The notes beneath the pieces are model-generated. The model was not told the origin of the DNA. It saw nothing but the letters and a program-made list of their open reading frames with translations, and searched no databases. DNA of 64,000 nt from Terriglobia bacterium (GTDB taxonomy: Bacteria; Acidobacteriota; Terriglobia; JAJPHL01; JAPKYU01): assembly GCA_965206645.1 (NCBI GenBank), contig CBDBKE010000004.1, forward strand, positions 960,001 to 1,024,000. Direction: 5' to 3'. Below are positions 41,663 through 52,160 of the stretch, piece by piece. Each line of letters begins with the position of its first letter. Within the stretch, counting starts at the first letter, position 1. Both the position numbers and the translations under genes were made by a program.

Positions 41663-42664
41663 ATGAACCTTAAGCTGCTTTCTGTGTTGCTGGCGTTCGT
41701 CCTAGCTTTGCCGCTGCCCGCGGTCGCTGGCAAGAAGAACGACAAGAAAGACATCGAGAAGATCGGCGAACGCGACGTCGGCAAGGGTATGAACTGGTAC
41801 TCGTTGGAGAAGGAGATTGCCATCGGCAAGAGGCTGGCGCAGCAGGTGGAATCGCAGTCGCGCATCGTGAATGATCCGGTGGTCGCCGAGTACGTGAACC
41901 GGGTCGGGCAGAACCTCGTCCGCAATTCAGACGCCAAGGTGCCGTTCACCATTAAGGTGATCGACGCGGAAGAAATCAACGCCTTCGCACTGCCTGGCGG
42001 ATTCTTCTTCGTCAATTCGGGCCTGATCCTGGAAGCGGAGGAAGAGGCCGAACTGGCTGGGGTGATGGCCCATGAGATTGCGCACGTAGCCGCGCGGCAC
42101 GGAACTCGGCAAGCCACCCGCGGGCAGCTGGCCCAGTTTCTCACCCTCCCATTGATCTTCGTTGGGGGCGGCATCGGGTACGGAGCACGCGGGGCGGCCA
42201 GCCTTCTGGTCCCGCTGGGCTTCCTGAAGTTCTCGCGCAGCTTCGAGCGCGAGGCGGATTTTCTGGGGCTGCAGTACATGTACAAGACCGGCTACGATCC
42301 CCAGGGGTTTGTCACCTTCTTTGAGAAGATTCAGGCCAAGGAGAAGAAGCGCCCTGGCCTTCTGGCAAAGGCCTTCCGCTCCCACCCTCAGACGCCGGAT
42401 CGAATTGCCCGCACGCAGCAGCAGATGAGTGGGCTGCCGGACCGCGAAGAGCACCTGGTGACCACCTCGGAGTTTGACGAAGTCAGGTTGCGTTTGGAGG
42501 CAATCCACTACCGTCGCCGCCTGGAGGACCGCAAGAGCGACCGTCCCACCCTTCGCAAGTCCACTACCGCCGATACCCGTCCGGTAGACGAGAAGGGTAG
42601 GAAAGAAGACGAAGGCGAAGAGGACGACGAGGACCGGCCACCCAAGCTGAAGCGCCGCGACTAG
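41663..42664 (+). CDS. M48 family zinc metallopeptidase
   Basis: INAFALPGG, AHEIAH, EREAD, SHP; TGgTATAAT upstream. Confidence 0.93.
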   Translation: MNLKLLSVLLAFVLALPLPAVAGKKNDKKDIEKIGERDVGKGMNWYSLEKEIAIGKRLAQQVESQSRIVNDPVVAEYVNRVGQNLVRNSDAKVPFTIKVIDAEEINAFALPGGFFFVNSGLILEAEEEAELAGVMAHEIAHVAARHGTRQATRGQLAQFLTLPLIFVGGGIGYGARGAASLLVPLGFLKFSRSFEREADFLGLQYMYKTGYDPQGFVTFFEKIQAKEKKRPGLLAKAFRSHPQTPDRIARTQQQMSGLPDREEHLVTTSEFDEVRLRLEAIHYRRRLEDRKSDRPTLRKSTTADTRPVDEKGRKEDEGEEDDEDRPPKLKRRD

Positions 42665-42876
42665 GACCTCGGGGCCAAACTACGCGAAGCATCGCGTGCC
42701 CGCGTGAAGACAGGACATCGTGCCTGTCCCTTCCTTCCCAAGGCCAGTAAGAGCTAGGGCTCGCCCTGTTGGGGCCGGCTGGGAGGCCCCCCTCCACGCG
42801 GCTGCGCCCGGTTCGCTTTCTTGCGTTACGCGGTACCGGGATTTCTCCCGGGCGCCTGCGCAGTCGGGAAGACTGC

Positions 42877-43455
42877 TCAGACTCGGATCTTCCTCATCTC
42901 TTCCGCATAGTACTTGCGATAGAGGATGTCCCACTCCTGGCTGCCTTCCGGAATCGCGCGTTTCTGGGAAAGGATTTTCTGGCGGGCGCTGCGGTCCATC
43001 TTCTCTTCCGCGCGGAACAACTCATTAAACAGGCGAACGATTTCCAGCCGCACGTCGTTCTTCTCACCCAGCAGTTCCACCTCTTTGCGAAGATTAGCCA
43101 GCGTGTTGACCAACACGTGGGAGAGTTTGGTGATCTTGTCGTGGGAAATCCGGGTGCTCTCGTCGCTGTCGCGGACCGCGGCCGCCACCACGCCGCGCTC
43201 TTTCATCAGTTGCCGCTTCACCCGTTTGAAGCTCTCGCCGTAGGAGGCGCCGGTGGAGCGCATCGAGCTGGCGTAGCGCTCCAGAAGCGCGCGCACTTCG
43301 TCGTTGAGCCGGTCCTCAGCGCTGAGTTCATTGGTGACCGCCTCGCGAACCTTCTGGCTGACGATTTCGGGAGAGCCCAGTTTGAGGTGACTTTTAGCCA
43401 GTCGGGCGATCAACTCGCGGCAGACATACGCAACATAGTCGCGAGTGTAAAGCAT
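42877..43455 (-). CDS. DUF507 family protein with two tandem domains
   Basis: EDRLNDEVR...FKRVKRQL and IPEGSQEWDILYRKYYAEE. Confidence 0.8.
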   Translation of the reverse strand: MLYTRDYVAYVCRELIARLAKSHLKLGSPEIVSQKVREAVTNELSAEDRLNDEVRALLERYASSMRSTGASYGESFKRVKRQLMKERGVVAAAVRDSDESTRISHDKITKLSHVLVNTLANLRKEVELLGEKNDVRLEIVRLFNELFRAEEKMDRSARQKILSQKRAIPEGSQEWDILYRKYYAEEMRKIRV

Positions 43456-43686
43456 AGCTCATAAAACATTCTAGCACAAAACCGACGCACGTACCGGAGC
43501 TCGGAAGCTGAGACGTAGTGTTGCGGAAGCCAGCGCGGCGCTGGCGGGAAAGAGGAGTCGCCACGTGGAACATCGGGCGGAACATCAGCGAGCAGAGACG
43601 CAGAATCGGTGACTCGGCGGTTTCGGAAACCGCGAGTTGCCTTTGGAATGCTGGGCCTCGTGTTCGGACGGCGAAGTTACCGCCTC

Positions 43687-43722
43687 CGCTCACTTCGGCG
43701 CTCACTTAGGCGCTCACTTAGG
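43687..43722. repeat. 12-bp tandem repeat x3 duplicating the gene stop
   Basis: CGCTCACTTCGG CGCTCACTTAGG CGCTCACTTAGG. Confidence 0.9.
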
Positions 43723-44793
43723 CAAAGACGGTGGCATGATCGCGTAGTCCACGTCCAGCGCGTGCAGGAAAGCCAGCAGATCTGCCCTCTCCTCCTTGGT
43801 TAGCTTCACCGGCTCGAGGTTGGTGCGGTCCAGGTACTTGTTCTTCTTGCCGCCGCGGAGCATCAAGTCCACTGCCTTTTCCAGAGTGGCCACGCCGCCG
43901 TCGTGGAAATAGGGAGCCGACTTGCTGACATCCAGCAGCGTCGGGGTCTTAAAGGCGCCCGTGTCCTTTTTCTCCTCGGTCACCTTGAAGCGGCCCACGT
44001 CCGGTTTCCGTTTTCCCATGCCGATGCCAACATTGTGGTATTGCAGATCGGTCAGCAGCAGGCCGTCGTGGCAGTTGGAGCACTTGGCCTTCTCGCTGAA
44101 AAGCTGCCAGCCGCGGCCGGCCTCCTCGCTGAAGGCGGATTCGTCGCCGGCGCGGAACCGGATCCAGGCGGACTTGTCACTGACAATGGTGCGCTCGAAG
44201 GCGGCGATGGCCTTGACCACATTAACCGGAGTGGCTGGGTCGTCGAACACCTTCATGAACTGTTCCTTGTACTCCGGGATTTCGTTCAACTTCGCAGAGA
44301 TGTCCTCGACGCTGGGATGCTCGTCCTTGCCCGAGGCGCCCATGTTGCCGCCTCGCCAGGCAGCCATCGCCTGGGCCTCCAGCGACTTGCTACGGCCGTC
44401 CCAGTAGAATTCGCTGTGGTAGCCGATGTTCCAAAGGGTCGGGCTGGCTCGCGACAGCTTTTTCTCGTAGGCGCCGATGGCGGTGGGCTTCCCGTCGGTC
44501 AGGCCGTGCTCCTTCAGGTGGCAGGAATAGCAGGCCCGCGAGCCGTCGCCGCTCAGGCGCTGGTCGTAAAAGAGTTGCTTGCCCAGCGCCACCTTGGCCG
44601 GGGTCATGCGATTGTCGGTGGGGACGACCATCTTCGCGTACCCGGCGATTTCCGGCCACTCCACCTTCTCCTCCACCGGACGCGTTGGCGCCTTCGGCGC
44701 CGGTTGACAGCCTGTGAGCGCGACCAGCCAGGCAACCGCTGTCAGCAGCGCCAGGATCGAATGGATCAAGCGAGTTGATCTTGCCGGTTTCAT
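43714..44793 (-). CDS. Di-heme cytochrome c peroxidase (CcP/MauG family) lipoprotein
   Basis: CYSCH and CSNCH; WDGR; FKTPTL; APYFHDG; lipobox LTGC. Confidence 0.93.
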   Translation of the reverse strand: MKPARSTRLIHSILALLTAVAWLVALTGCQPAPKAPTRPVEEKVEWPEIAGYAKMVVPTDNRMTPAKVALGKQLFYDQRLSGDGSRACYSCHLKEHGLTDGKPTAIGAYEKKLSRASPTLWNIGYHSEFYWDGRSKSLEAQAMAAWRGGNMGASGKDEHPSVEDISAKLNEIPEYKEQFMKVFDDPATPVNVVKAIAAFERTIVSDKSAWIRFRAGDESAFSEEAGRGWQLFSEKAKCSNCHDGLLLTDLQYHNVGIGMGKRKPDVGRFKVTEEKKDTGAFKTPTLLDVSKSAPYFHDGGVATLEKAVDLMLRGGKKNKYLDRTNLEPVKLTKEERADLLAFLHALDVDYAIMPPSLPK

Positions 44794-44970
44794 AACTCCT
44801 CCTTTTCGGCAGCAGCCTCTCCCGCCATGCCCGGCATTCTAAGACTTCCCCCTCGCAGTAGCAACATCTAACGTGCGGCCAGGCGTGCGGCCAGGAAAGC
44901 TGCTGTCCCTAGAAACCTGTTAGGCTATAATTGCCCGTCGCAAACTACGCCTGTTGGTTCGAGGTTCGCC

Positions 44971-46782
44971 GTGCGGTTCTTCTGGAGTCCCCTTCTGCTG
45001 GCGTGTTTCTGCTGTGCCATGACAACCCCGCTGGCCGCTGCTGATCGCGAGTTCGCCGCCCTGGCCCAGAGCTTCCTGGAAGAGGTGCTGGCGCTGTCTC
45101 CCACCTCCGCCACCCACGTCGGATTCCATCGCTACCAGGATCCGAAAACGGGCCGCGAAGTCCAGCTCGATGAATTGCTGGAGGACATGAGCCGCAAGGG
45201 ACTTGCAAAGCAGCGCACCGCGCTCAAGCGCTACCGGCAACGATTCCAGAAAGAGGTGAAGCGCGAAGCGCTGAATGCCGAGGACCGGGCCGATTACGAC
45301 CTGATCCAGGACCAGATCGCCCTGAGCCTGCTCGAGCTGGAGACGATCCAGAACTACCGCCACAACCCGACCGTCTACGTGGAGCTGGCCGGGACTGCGC
45401 TGTTCCTGCCCATGGTCCTGGAGTATGCACCCAAGCAGGAGCGCTTCCGGCACATCATCGCCCGCCTGGGCCGCATTCCGAATCTGCTGCGCCAGGGTCG
45501 GAAAAACCTGGTGGACACCGACCCAATCTATACCAAGGTCGCCCTGGAAGAGAACGAAGGCAACGTAGCATTGGTCGAGCAAGCGATAGCCTCGCAGGTG
45601 CCGGCAGAGCTGAAGGCCCGCTACGACGCCGCAGCCGCCCCGGCCCTGAAGGCGTTTGAGGAGTTCAGCCGCTTTCTTAAGGACGACCTGGCCCAGCGCT
45701 CGACTGGCACCTGGCGCCTGGGCAAGGAAAAATACAGGGCCAAGCTGCGGCTGGCTCTGCAAACCGATCTTTCTCCCGACCAGGTGCTGGCCGGCGCGGA
45801 GGCGGAACTGCGCCGGCTCCGCGCCGAGATGTTGCGCGTGGCGCTGCCCCTGCACAAACAGATTTACTCCGGACACCCCGACCACGCGGACCTGAAGGGA
45901 AAGGAGCGCGAAAATGCGGTCATCCGCGAGGTATTGGACAAGGTCGCCGAGGAGCATGCCGCCGCTGACCGGCTCAAGCCCGACATCCTCCGGCAACTGG
46001 CCGAGCTACGCGCCTTCGTGCGCCGCAAAGACCTAGTCACGCTTTCTCCGCGGGATAACCTCCAGGTCATTGACACGCCCCAGTTCATGCGCGGCATCTA
46101 CGCGGTAGCCGGCTTCCAGCCTGCCCCGCCGTTACAGCCGGAATTGGGCGCCTTCTACTGGGTGACGCCCATTCCTTCCGACTGGCCGAAAGAGCGCATC
46201 GAATCCAAGCTGCGCGAGTACAACAACTACATGCTGCGACTGATCACGATCCACGAGGCCATCCCTGGGCACTACATCCAGTTCGAGCATGCCAATCAGG
46301 TCCAGCCCAAGACGCGCCGACTGCTGCGTGCCGTGTTTGGGAATACGCCCTACGTGGAAGGTTGGGCCGTCTACATCACTCGCGTTCTGGTGGAAGAAGG
46401 CTACCTTGCCGGGCCGAGCGGGAAGGTCAACCCGAAGCTACATCTGACTCTTCTAAAAGGAGAACTACGCGCCATCGCCAACGCCATCCTGGACGTGCGT
46501 ATGCACACGCGAAACATGAGCGACCAAGAGGCGATGGATTTGATGATCGAAGACACCTTCCAGGAGCGCACCGAAGCCGAGCAAAAACTGCGGCGCGCCA
46601 AGCTCTCCTCCGCGCAATTGCCCACCTACTTTGTGGGACTCCGGGAATGGCTGCGGCTGCGAGAGGAGATGCGTGCTGCCACGGGCGATGCCTTTTCCCT
46701 GAAGCACTTCCACGATCGGGCGCTGGCCGAAGGGGCGCTCCCGATGCCCACCTTACGGCGTCTACTGCTGTCTGACGACTAG
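44971..46782 (+). CDS. DUF885 domain protein
   Basis: HEAIPGHY, YVEGWAVY, ILDVRMH, FHDRAL.EG.LP. Confidence 0.9.
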   Translation: MRFFWSPLLLACFCCAMTTPLAAADREFAALAQSFLEEVLALSPTSATHVGFHRYQDPKTGREVQLDELLEDMSRKGLAKQRTALKRYRQRFQKEVKREALNAEDRADYDLIQDQIALSLLELETIQNYRHNPTVYVELAGTALFLPMVLEYAPKQERFRHIIARLGRIPNLLRQGRKNLVDTDPIYTKVALEENEGNVALVEQAIASQVPAELKARYDAAAAPALKAFEEFSRFLKDDLAQRSTGTWRLGKEKYRAKLRLALQTDLSPDQVLAGAEAELRRLRAEMLRVALPLHKQIYSGHPDHADLKGKERENAVIREVLDKVAEEHAAADRLKPDILRQLAELRAFVRRKDLVTLSPRDNLQVIDTPQFMRGIYAVAGFQPAPPLQPELGAFYWVTPIPSDWPKERIESKLREYNNYMLRLITIHEAIPGHYIQFEHANQVQPKTRRLLRAVFGNTPYVEGWAVYITRVLVEEGYLAGPSGKVNPKLHLTLLKGELRAIANAILDVRMHTRNMSDQEAMDLMIEDTFQERTEAEQKLRRAKLSSAQLPTYFVGLREWLRLREEMRAATGDAFSLKHFHDRALAEGALPMPTLRRLLLSDD

Positions 46783-46957
46783 CCTGCCGATCAGCGACCC
46801 TCCCGTTGTGCGAGGGGCTGGTGAACATGGCCGCCAGTGCTGCCTCCCGGCCACTGGCCGCCATCGTTGCAACAGACCTCAGCTTGAGCCAGGGAACGAC
46901 CGCACAGGGGGTCGGATGCCTCCCAAGAAGCCCTAAGAGCAGATGCTCAGCCTGACG

Positions 46958-49441
46958 TCAAAAATCGAACAAATATGTGAACTTGGCGATCAAGGCGCGA
47001 TCCAGGGTGTGGCGGCGGGTTCGGGGGGTAAAGAGAGGGCCGTCGTGAGGGTCAAAGCCAGTGGTATCGAACCGGGTGGTATAGACCACGAAAAGCCCCG
47101 TGTTGCTGGTTCGCAGCAACGCGAAACGGATATTGGCCCCAATCTGATTGATTGCACTGTTGTATTGGATAAGAGATTGGATGTAGCTCTTAGGCGTAAA
47201 GGAGTAGTTAAACTGAAGGATTGCCAGATGAGTGGTGAAGTCGCCCACCGGCAAGGTGACGTCATTGCGAATGTAGCGTGTGGAAAGTAGGAATTTGTCT
47301 GTGGAGCGAATTCCGGTCCTGAGATTGAGCGTCTTGATGTGGCCCGAGTAAAACTCTCCCCAGGAATAGTCAGCTCCGGCAAACAGACGTGCACTCTCGT
47401 CCGACTCCAGGGTGAGAACCCAATTGTTAAACTTGTAAGTCTGCACGGGCAAGATCACCTTGGGGGAAATCTCAAAAGGTTCGAAAATTTGTTCAAGATT
47501 CTGATTGTAAGCCAGCCCGACGGAGCTTCCATTCTGGAAGAAAACCCGAAAGTCGTTGTGGCGGAACACGGACTCCGGTTTGCCGTCGAACCGGTAAAAT
47601 CCTCGCCAGGAATGGTGGGGCCAGAACCGCCGAATCAGGCGGCTGTTCTTGGGGTGGGGGCTGAAAAAAACGGCGTAGGAGGGCTTGCGATAGCCCACCC
47701 GGCGGACAAATCCTACCTCTGGATTAAAGTCCTCGCCGACCTCCGTGTAGCCCGCTTGCCAGTCTAGCAAGTCTGAATCGTATCTAACCTCCGAACTGGC
47801 TGCATGATCACGACCTTGCAGGCCAGGCGTCTGCGTTTTTGCTAGATAATTAAAGAGAGTCAGGTGCTTACCCAGCCCAACGTTGGCGTCCACCCCAAGG
47901 GTTCGGTTAAAACCACTAGTGAAAGTTGAACCAGCGTCTCCACCGGTGGCACTTTTATTGATGGCCAGTATTCCTATCGAGCTCCGCGTCCCGAATTCCC
48001 GGGCCAGGCGGGCAACGGTGAAGTTGTTTGCCGGCGCTACTCCTGCTTCGGCTTCCGTTTGCATGTTGAGGAAACCGATGTTGTACCGCTGGTGTTTGCC
48101 GGACACTCGAACGCCGCCCAGAATAGGGATCTGAACTCCCGATGGGTCGATCCCAATCCGGCGGCTAAAGAAAAGTTCCACTTCGCGAGGGGTCCCCACG
48201 TTAAAATAGCCGGCATTTTCCAAAAAGAAGGAACGCTTTTCAGGAAAGAAAAGGTCAAATCGGGTTAGGTTGATCTGTTCCTCATCCACCTCCACCTGCG
48301 AAAAGTCGGTGTTAGCGGTTACGTCCAGGGTAAGGCTGGAGGTCAAGGTGTACTTTAGATCCACACCAATATCGCGGACCGCTTGGTTCCGGGCTGGACC
48401 CTGCGAGAAGTCCTGTTGAAAGCCGCCGATGAGGAAGGGAATGATCTGGAGATTGCGTCGGAATCGAACATCCAGGCCGTGTAGCTCACCGGCTAGAGAA
48501 ACGCGGTGGAGTTGAAAGCCTCGCGAGACCGGAGCCCAAAAACTCTGCTCATTTTTTCGGCGAACGTTGCGTCTGAAATTAATACCCCACACCTGATCTG
48601 ACCCCGAATCATAGCGAAGAGTACGAAAGGGGATGGCAAACTCGGCTTCCCAACCCCGTGTGGTGATCTGCGCCCGAACCTTCCATACCCCGTCCCAGTT
48701 AAGGTTAAAGGATGAAGCCCCTCCTCGCTGCGCGCCGCCGAACCCGCTCCCCCCGCTGCCGCCAGCCCGGACCGGTCCACCGGTACCTCGACTCTGGCCT
48801 CCGTGAACAATCTGAGCGTCATATTCAATGCCGGAGGGGGTCGTAGCGAAGATGTACCCGTTCTGATCGTCGTTATACGTATCAAGCAACATTTCAAAGG
48901 AGTCGGTCTCTTCCAGCAAGCCATCCCGCCGTGCTTGAGTAGAGACGATGGATTCCGGCTCCGAGTCAAAACAGATCACGGCAACATAGAGCGTGTCTTG
49001 CGTGTAACCGATCCGCACTTCCGTGCGTTCCGTTGCGGGTTGCCCCTCATCGGGGAGTTGCTGCACATAATCGGTGGCTGGCTCCATCCGCATCCATTCC
49101 TCGTCCACGAACCCATCGAGCCGTGGAGCTGCGTCGAGTCGATAGGCTGTCATCTGGGGCAATGTCCTCGCCCTCGCCGCGTCGTTCTGCGCCCACAAAG
49201 GTGGTCCGATAGCCAAGAGGCAACAAGCGAGCAATCGGGCAGACGCTCTGACCCACCACCTTTCGGTGGCGGAACCTTTGGGAAAGAGATGCGCTACGAC
49301 AAAGTGAACAACACGTCTGTGCAGTAAAACTCTAAAGGCTATGGGACGCGCCCACTCTGCAACTCGGCACGCATCTTCTAAGGATCGGGGTAGCACTCGC
49401 AAGTGAGGTAGCGATGTCTCTTTCCTGCCAAAACTTCCCAC
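46958..49441 (-). CDS. CBM9-like / DUF5916 outer-membrane protein (true start probably downstream of 49441)
   Basis: EFAIPFRTLRY, NTDFSQVEVD, RFDLFFPEKRSFFLEN, FFSRRIG; C-terminal F. Confidence 0.85.
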   Translation of the reverse strand: MGSFGRKETSLPHLRVLPRSLEDACRVAEWARPIAFRVLLHRRVVHFVVAHLFPKGSATERWWVRASARLLACCLLAIGPPLWAQNDAARARTLPQMTAYRLDAAPRLDGFVDEEWMRMEPATDYVQQLPDEGQPATERTEVRIGYTQDTLYVAVICFDSEPESIVSTQARRDGLLEETDSFEMLLDTYNDDQNGYIFATTPSGIEYDAQIVHGGQSRGTGGPVRAGGSGGSGFGGAQRGGASSFNLNWDGVWKVRAQITTRGWEAEFAIPFRTLRYDSGSDQVWGINFRRNVRRKNEQSFWAPVSRGFQLHRVSLAGELHGLDVRFRRNLQIIPFLIGGFQQDFSQGPARNQAVRDIGVDLKYTLTSSLTLDVTANTDFSQVEVDEEQINLTRFDLFFPEKRSFFLENAGYFNVGTPREVELFFSRRIGIDPSGVQIPILGGVRVSGKHQRYNIGFLNMQTEAEAGVAPANNFTVARLAREFGTRSSIGILAINKSATGGDAGSTFTSGFNRTLGVDANVGLGKHLTLFNYLAKTQTPGLQGRDHAASSEVRYDSDLLDWQAGYTEVGEDFNPEVGFVRRVGYRKPSYAVFFSPHPKNSRLIRRFWPHHSWRGFYRFDGKPESVFRHNDFRVFFQNGSSVGLAYNQNLEQIFEPFEISPKVILPVQTYKFNNWVLTLESDESARLFAGADYSWGEFYSGHIKTLNLRTGIRSTDKFLLSTRYIRNDVTLPVGDFTTHLAILQFNYSFTPKSYIQSLIQYNSAINQIGANIRFALLRTSNTGLFVVYTTRFDTTGFDPHDGPLFTPRTRRHTLDRALIAKFTYLFDF

Positions 49442-49461
49442 GCAAACGTTTTATTGCGCAA

Positions 49462-49494
49462 ACAGTTTATTGACAGTTTATTGACAGTTTATTG
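49462..49494. repeat. 11-bp tandem repeat x3
   Basis: ACAGTTTATTG at 49462, 49473 and 49484, overlapping the MBL gene stop. Confidence 0.9.
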
Positions 49495-50358
49495 AATGAT
49501 CCGCTTTCGAGAGAGACTCCGGTGAATAGTGTCAATCCATCGGTCGGTTGGAATAAACCCGGTACCCCAACGCTCCCATTTCTCGGGCAGTCCTTCCACC
49601 TGGATTTGAACGAGGCTTTTCCCCGCAGCCATCCGCTGCCGAATGACGTCCCTCGTCTCAACCAGCATGCGATGATAGGTTTTTAGATCATTCGCCGTGG
49701 AAATTGACCCGTGGCCGGGAATGATCTTCACATCGGCGGGAAGTTGACGGATCACCGCCTCAATATTCCTGATGAGGCCCTCGACGTCTCCTCCACTGTC
49801 TAGGTCAACGAACGGGAACCGCCCGGCGAAAAAATCGTCCCCCATGTGAACGACATTCGATCCGGTGAAGAACATGACAGTATCGCCATCCGTATGCCCA
49901 TGTGGAAAGTGGATTGCCTTGATTTCCTCGCCGTTGAAGTGAACCGACAGAGATTCATCGAACGTAATCACGGGCCAAGCCTCTTTTGGCTTTGTCATCA
50001 GGCGTTTTCGAACGTTGGCATGAGCAATGATCGGAGCTTCTGGCCCAAACACCTCGTTCCCACCCGCGTGATCGCCATGGAAGTGAGTATTGAGGACGAA
50101 TTTGAGTTCGCCACCACCAATATCGCTTAGAGCCGCCCGGATTTTGTCCGCCAACGGGGCGAACTTGTCATCGACGATGAGAATCCCATCTGCGCCGACC
50201 GAAGCCCCGATGTTTCCGCCTGTCCCATTTAACATGTAAATATTGCCTCTCACATGGGTAGCTTCGATCTCCACCTTGGAGAAGTCTCGCTGGGCCAATG
50301 CTAGGCCCATGCTGAGAACAAGAAGCCACAGGAGCATGCTCAAGACAGAGTTTTTCAC
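49489..50358 (-). CDS. Secreted MBL-fold hydrolase (cyclase-like)
   Basis: NTHFHGDHAGGN, GHTDGD, HMGD, IPGHG; GTG start with GAGG SD. Confidence 0.9.
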   Translation of the reverse strand: MKNSVLSMLLWLLVLSMGLALAQRDFSKVEIEATHVRGNIYMLNGTGGNIGASVGADGILIVDDKFAPLADKIRAALSDIGGGELKFVLNTHFHGDHAGGNEVFGPEAPIIAHANVRKRLMTKPKEAWPVITFDESLSVHFNGEEIKAIHFPHGHTDGDTVMFFTGSNVVHMGDDFFAGRFPFVDLDSGGDVEGLIRNIEAVIRQLPADVKIIPGHGSISTANDLKTYHRMLVETRDVIRQRMAAGKSLVQIQVEGLPEKWERWGTGFIPTDRWIDTIHRSLSRKRIIQ

Positions 50359-50643
50359 AGGTTCCTCCTTGCACGTACAGTCGCCCCTCTTGGCCGGCCT
50401 TCGCTTAGTTAGGTTGGGGATTGCCATGTTACGCCCCACCCTCTAGCAAGTCAACGCGCAGGTTTTGGACCAATGCGATTCGATTCCGAGCCACGATGCC
50501 ATCCAGAACGGGCCATGGTGATCTGAGTTCTAGTTTCCCCCGGATTTCCGTTTTGAAACTCCAAAGCTAACCTTATACTGACCTCTGACGCCAATATTTA
50601 TGCCGGTTCCAGCGTCAATACAGCTTCCGGAGGTAGAAACCGA

Positions 50644-51972
50644 GTGGGTGAGAGGCAAAATCAGCCCTTTCAGTTCTCTTTCAATGCTGCATTGAAGGTC
50701 GATTTCCAGGGGTCGCGGGTTACTTCCGACGGCGGCCTGATCCTCGTGCGCGAATCAGACGAACATTTGGGATTCGGAGAACTCATCAAACAGCACTTGG
50801 CCGATCCTCGGAGAAAGAACACACGGTTGCCCTTTGCTGACCTCCTGCGCCAGTCCGTGTACAGCCGCTTGGCGGGTTACGAAGATATGAATGACGCGGA
50901 ACGGCTCTCTCAAGATCCGACGTTCCGGCTGATCGGTTCAGAAAAGATCTGGGAGCGAGGAGCCGCGTTGACTTCCCGGCTGCAATCGTTCGAGACAGAA
51001 CTACTGACGCAAGATGAGAACCTGGCTGGTTTGGCAGCGATCAACCGGGATTTAATCGCCAGGGCGGAAGCTATGGATTCCCCGCAACGGGTGGTGCTGG
51101 ACATGGACTCGACCGAGATTCCGGTCTACGGCCAGCAGGAGCAGAGTGCCTACAACGGGCATTTCGAGTCGAGCTGCTATCACCCGTTGTTGCTGTTCAA
51201 TCGCGAGGGTGACTGTCTGGCGGCCAAGCTGCGACCGGGCAACGTGCACAGCGCCGAGGACTGGAAAGAACTTCTCCTGCCGGAGATCGAGCGGCAGCAG
51301 CAGCTGGGCAAGGAAGTGGTGTTTCGTGCCGACGCGGCCTTTGCCAAGCCGGAGATTTACGAGGCTCTGGAGGAGCGGGAGGTAAAGTACGCCATCCGCA
51401 TCCCGGCTAACGACAGCCTACAGCGGGACATTGAGGAGTTGCTGACTCGGCCGGTGGGGAGACCCAGCAAGAAGCCGTTGGTGGAGTTCAAGGGCTTTCT
51501 ATACCAAGCGGCCAGTTGGAAGACAGCCCGCAGGGTGGTGGCCAAGGTGGAGCATCATCCAGGGGAGCTGTTCCCGCGAGTAGGGTTTATCGTTACGAAC
51601 TTGACTCTGCCAAGTCGGGCGGTGATGCGGTTTTACAACAAGCGGGGGACAGCGGAGCAGTGGATCAAAGAAGGAAAGCAAGCAGTGAAGATGACGCGGC
51701 TCAGTTGTCACCGGTTCCGGTCGAACGAGGTCCGGCTGTGGCTCACCATCATTGCCTATAATCTCGGCAACCTGTGGCGGCGACTGGTGCTGCCACAGAG
51801 AATCGGGAACTGGTCCCTGACGAGCTTGCAACAGCGGTTGGTGAAAACGGGAGGACGGCTGGTGAAACATGCGCGATATTACTGGCTTTTGCTGGCCGAA
51901 GGGCACTTGAGCCGGAGGCTGTTCAGCAGCATGCTGCGAACGATCTCGGCACTGCCGCTGCCAGACGGCTAG
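50644..51972 (+). CDS. IS1380 family transposase
   Basis: TSDGG, AGYED, LDMDST, YNGHF...YHPL, RADAAF, FYNKRGTAEQWIKEGK. Confidence 0.95.
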   Translation: MGERQNQPFQFSFNAALKVDFQGSRVTSDGGLILVRESDEHLGFGELIKQHLADPRRKNTRLPFADLLRQSVYSRLAGYEDMNDAERLSQDPTFRLIGSEKIWERGAALTSRLQSFETELLTQDENLAGLAAINRDLIARAEAMDSPQRVVLDMDSTEIPVYGQQEQSAYNGHFESSCYHPLLLFNREGDCLAAKLRPGNVHSAEDWKELLLPEIERQQQLGKEVVFRADAAFAKPEIYEALEEREVKYAIRIPANDSLQRDIEELLTRPVGRPSKKPLVEFKGFLYQAASWKTARRVVAKVEHHPGELFPRVGFIVTNLTLPSRAVMRFYNKRGTAEQWIKEGKQAVKMTRLSCHRFRSNEVRLWLTIIAYNLGNLWRRLVLPQRIGNWSLTSLQQRLVKTGGRLVKHARYYWLLLAEGHLSRRLFSSMLRTISALPLPDG

Positions 51973-52131
51973 CGAACCGGGAGAGAGGGTAATTTTAGGT
52001 GCTCAGAAGTGGTCGGGCCGGATAAGTGTCAGCGGCGCGGCAGGCTGGGCAGGCGAACCCCGCACAGCGACTCCGAAGAACAGCCAAAATGTGCCGCACT
52101 ACCACCTCAAAGAGGCCAGAGCTGTTTGCGG

Positions 52132-52160
52132 TTGACACGACAGGGTACGAGGCATAGCTT
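52132..52160 (+). promoter_or_regulatory. Outward-facing sigma70-like promoter in the IS right end
   Basis: TTGACA-17 nt-TAGCTT. Confidence 0.55.

Noticed and set aside
43460-43686. Gap between the DUF507 and peroxidase genes as possible ncRNA
   Set aside because: Only isolated small hairpins (GCGGTTTCGGAAACCGC) and a -10 box; no coherent fold seen.
43687-43722. Short repeats considered as a CRISPR array
   Set aside because: Contiguous 11-12 bp tandem units without spacers; no cas genes in the window.
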